DNA of 64,000 nucleotides from Enterobacterales bacterium (GTDB lineage Bacteria; Pseudomonadota; Gammaproteobacteria; Enterobacterales; Succinivibrionaceae): NCBI GenBank assembly GCA_900768635.1, contig CAAGDP010000198.1, positions 9,565 to 73,564 of the forward strand, read 5' to 3'. Shown piece by piece: positions 61,799 to 64,000 of this stretch (position 1 is its first letter; each line of letters starts with the position of its first letter). The notes under the pieces were generated by a model. It saw only the letters and a program-made list of their open reading frames with translations, ran no database searches and was not told where the DNA came from. The position numbers and the translations under genes were made by a program.

Positions 61799-63646
61799 TT
61801 AATCCTCCAACTTGCTTCTGTCGCGAGCCGCACCTTTATCGGCACTGGAAGCCAAGGAAGCATAAGCTCTCAAAGCATAGGATACAACACGATCCCTGTT
61901 GAGAGGTTTCCAGGCTTTCTTACCCAGACTTTCCATAGCCTGACGACGTGTAGCAAGTTCTTCATCTGAAACATCCAATTTAACAATTCTGTTAGGAATA
62001 TCAAATTCAATAATATCTCCGTCATGAACCAAACCGATAGTTCCACCGGATGCTGCTTCAGGAGATACATGTCCTACAGAAAGACCAGATGTACCGCCGG
62101 AGAAACGACCATCAGTTATCAAAGCACACTTCTTACCAAGTCCCATAGACTTCAGATAAGATGTAGGATAGAGCATTTCCTGCATACCAGGGCCACCCTT
62201 AGGACCTTCATAACGGATAACAACCACGTCGCCGGCCTTAACCTTTCCTCCAAGGATACCCTTTACAGCATCATCCTGACTTTCATAAACAACGGCAGGA
62301 CCTCTGAACTTAAGAATAGATTCATCTACACCGGCTGTTTTCACGATACAACCATCAACCGCCAGATTGCCATATAAACTGGCCAAACCTCCGTCCTGAC
62401 TATATGCATGGGCCTTATCTCGGATACAGCCGTTTACTCTGTCTAGATCAAGAGCATCATAATAATTATCCTGATGGAATGGTTTATTATTAACCTGACC
62501 ACCAGGAGCTGCCATATACAGCTTTTTAACCTCTTCAGAAGGATTTTTAACCACGTCGTACTTATCAATAAGGGTACCGATACTGTCATCAGATACATGA
62601 AGTGCATTACGTCTGATAAGTCCCGCACGATCAAGTTCTGCCAGAATACCCATAACGCCGCCGGCTCTGTGAACATCTGAAACGTGGTATACATTAGTGG
62701 AAGGTGCAACCTTGCACAGATGAGGAACTACTCTGGAAAGTCTGTCAATATCTGCCATGGTAAAGTCCACACCTGCTTCCTGAGCAACAGCCAGCAAATG
62801 GAGAACAGTATTAGTAGAACCGCCCATAGCGATATCCAATGACATTGCATTCTCAAAAGCTTCCTTGGTAGCTATAGAACGAGGCAGAACCTTGTCATTA
62901 TCCTTTTCATAATACTCTTTGGTCATTTCCACAATGCGACGAGCTGCCCGGATAAACAAATCACGACGCGCAGCATGAGTTGCCAGCAGAGAACCATTAC
63001 CAGGCTGAGACAAACCTAAAGCTTCAGTAAGACAGTTCATTGAGTTGGCAGTAAACATTCCGGAACAGGAACCGCAGGTAGGACAACCATGAATTTCGGC
63101 CTGCTTAATTTCCTCATCAGTATATTTGGAATCTGCAGCCATAACCATAATGTCTATCAGGTCAAGCTTCTTGTGACCGGCTACATCAGCAATACCCACT
63201 TCCATAGGACCACCGGATACAAAAATGGTTGGGATATTAAGACGCATTGACGCAAGCAACATTCCCGGAGTTACTTTATCACAGTTGGAAATGCACACCA
63301 GAGCATCAACACAATGAGCTCTGCACATATATTCAACAGAATCCGCAATAATTTCGCGGCTAGGCAAAGAATAGAGCATTCCGTCATGCCCCATGGCAAT
63401 TCCATCATCTACAGCAATGGTATCAAATTCCTTGGCAACAGCTCCGCAACGTTCTATTTCTTCCTTCACCATCTGGCCTATATCGTGAAGATGGACATGT
63501 CCTGGAACAAATTGAGTAAAAGAGTTTGCAATGCCTATAATTGGCTTATTGATATCTTCATCTTTGGTACCGGTTGCTCTCCACAGTGCTCTTGCACCTG
63601 CCATGTTACGTCCCTGAGTAGAAACGTATGAACGATATTTAGGCAT
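61799..63646 (-). CDS. ilvD: Dihydroxy-acid dehydratase
   Basis: [26 protein letters not shown]...[19 protein letters not shown]...CDKVTPGML... Fe-S cluster Cys ligands; 615 aa. Confidence 0.95.
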   Translation of the reverse strand: MPKYRSYVSTQGRNMAGARALWRATGTKDEDINKPIIGIANSFTQFVPGHVHLHDIGQMVKEEIERCGAVAKEFDTIAVDDGIAMGHDGMLYSLPSREIIADSVEYMCRAHCVDALVCISNCDKVTPGMLLASMRLNIPTIFVSGGPMEVGIADVAGHKKLDLIDIMVMAADSKYTDEEIKQAEIHGCPTCGSCSGMFTANSMNCLTEALGLSQPGNGSLLATHAARRDLFIRAARRIVEMTKEYYEKDNDKVLPRSIATKEAFENAMSLDIAMGGSTNTVLHLLAVAQEAGVDFTMADIDRLSRVVPHLCKVAPSTNVYHVSDVHRAGGVMGILAELDRAGLIRRNALHVSDDSIGTLIDKYDVVKNPSEEVKKLYMAAPGGQVNNKPFHQDNYYDALDLDRVNGCIRDKAHAYSQDGGLASLYGNLAVDGCIVKTAGVDESILKFRGPAVVYESQDDAVKGILGGKVKAGDVVVIRYEGPKGGPGMQEMLYPTSYLKSMGLGKKCALITDGRFSGGTSGLSVGHVSPEAASGGTIGLVHDGDIIEFDIPNRIVKLDVSDEELATRRQAMESLGKKAWKPLNRDRVVSYALRAYASLASSADKGAARDRSKLED

Positions 63647-63850
63647 TTTACCCCCGAATAAACAGAACTAAACGTTCAGAAAAACTTCATAAAAAAAAAC
63701 TATTCATAATTTAGCAAATAAACCTGCACTGGCAGGCTCATACTACAAGACAATACTCACAATTATATACCTATTCAAAACAACAACAAAAAGGAATATA
63801 TCAACTCTATACTCTCTGAAAGAACAGGTATCATCTGTAGTTTTCACCCA

Positions 63851-63886
63851 AAAATAAAAAGGAGACATCACATCTCCTTTTTCTGT
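63851..63886 (-). other. Hairpin between ilvE and ilvD (possible internal attenuator/terminator or RNA processing site)
   Basis: Perfect 10-bp stem aaaaaggaga/tctccttttt with 7-nt loop, flanked by A- and T-runs (works in both orientations). Confidence 0.35.
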
Positions 63887-63901
63887 CAATACAACTGTTT
63901 T

Positions 63902-64000
63902 TTACTTGTTAACAGGTGTAAGCCAACCATACTTATCAGGTACATTACCGTGAACATAGTCAAAGAAGGCTTTCTGCAATTTCTCGGTAACCGGACCTCT
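63902..64000 (-). CDS. ilvE: Branched-chain amino acid aminotransferase, C-terminal fragment (continues beyond window)
   Basis: Minus-strand translation ...[32 protein letters not shown] parallels E. coli IlvE C-terminus ...DKWGWLDQVNQ*. Confidence 0.7.
   Translation of the reverse strand, partial: RGPVTEKLQKAFFDYVHGNVPDKYGWLTPVNK

Noticed and set aside
1-64000. CRISPR arrays, tRNA/rRNA genes, IS elements or prophage integrases
   Set aside because: No direct-repeat/spacer arrays were visible. No cloverleaf-like tRNA candidates in the larger intergenic gaps. The only recombinase is xerC in its conserved chromosomal dapF-yigA-xerC-yigB-uvrD context, so it is not mobile.

Overview
The window is a 64 kb, AT-rich chromosomal segment from a gammaproteobacterium. 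Gene order resembles the Enterobacterales, Pasteurellales and Orbales lineage (ilvE-ilvD-ilvA; hemX-hemY-cyaA-lptM-lysA-dapF-yigA-xerC-yigB-uvrD; menB-menE; rho; rpmB-rpmG-mutM/coaD; coaBC-dut; pyrE; yicC-gmk; trxA; rpoZ; plsB/lexA; hslVU; argS-ftsN; priA). It also carries an LPS inner-core cluster (waaF, waaA, kdkA, a GT9 heptosyltransferase, GT2/GT4 glycosyltransferases, an MsbA-like ABC exporter). Almost all genes are housekeeping and densely packed. I found no CRISPR array, rRNA, tRNA, transposase or prophage. The clearest accessory element is a monocistronic, terminator-flanked gene between rho and ddl. It encodes a tail-anchored Zn-ribbon plus TIR-domain protein, a candidate stand-alone NADase-type defense or abortive-infection effector. 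Secondary oddities: an uncharacterized translationally coupled two-gene cassette (cytoplasmic protein plus lipoprotein) after rpoZ, where spoT usually sits; a LexA homolog with a shortened DNA-binding domain and no canonical SOS box; several 500-870 bp non-coding gaps at positions where relatives carry radC, slmA, rph or cytR; and hemX-hemY sitting directly upstream of cyaA without hemC/hemD.
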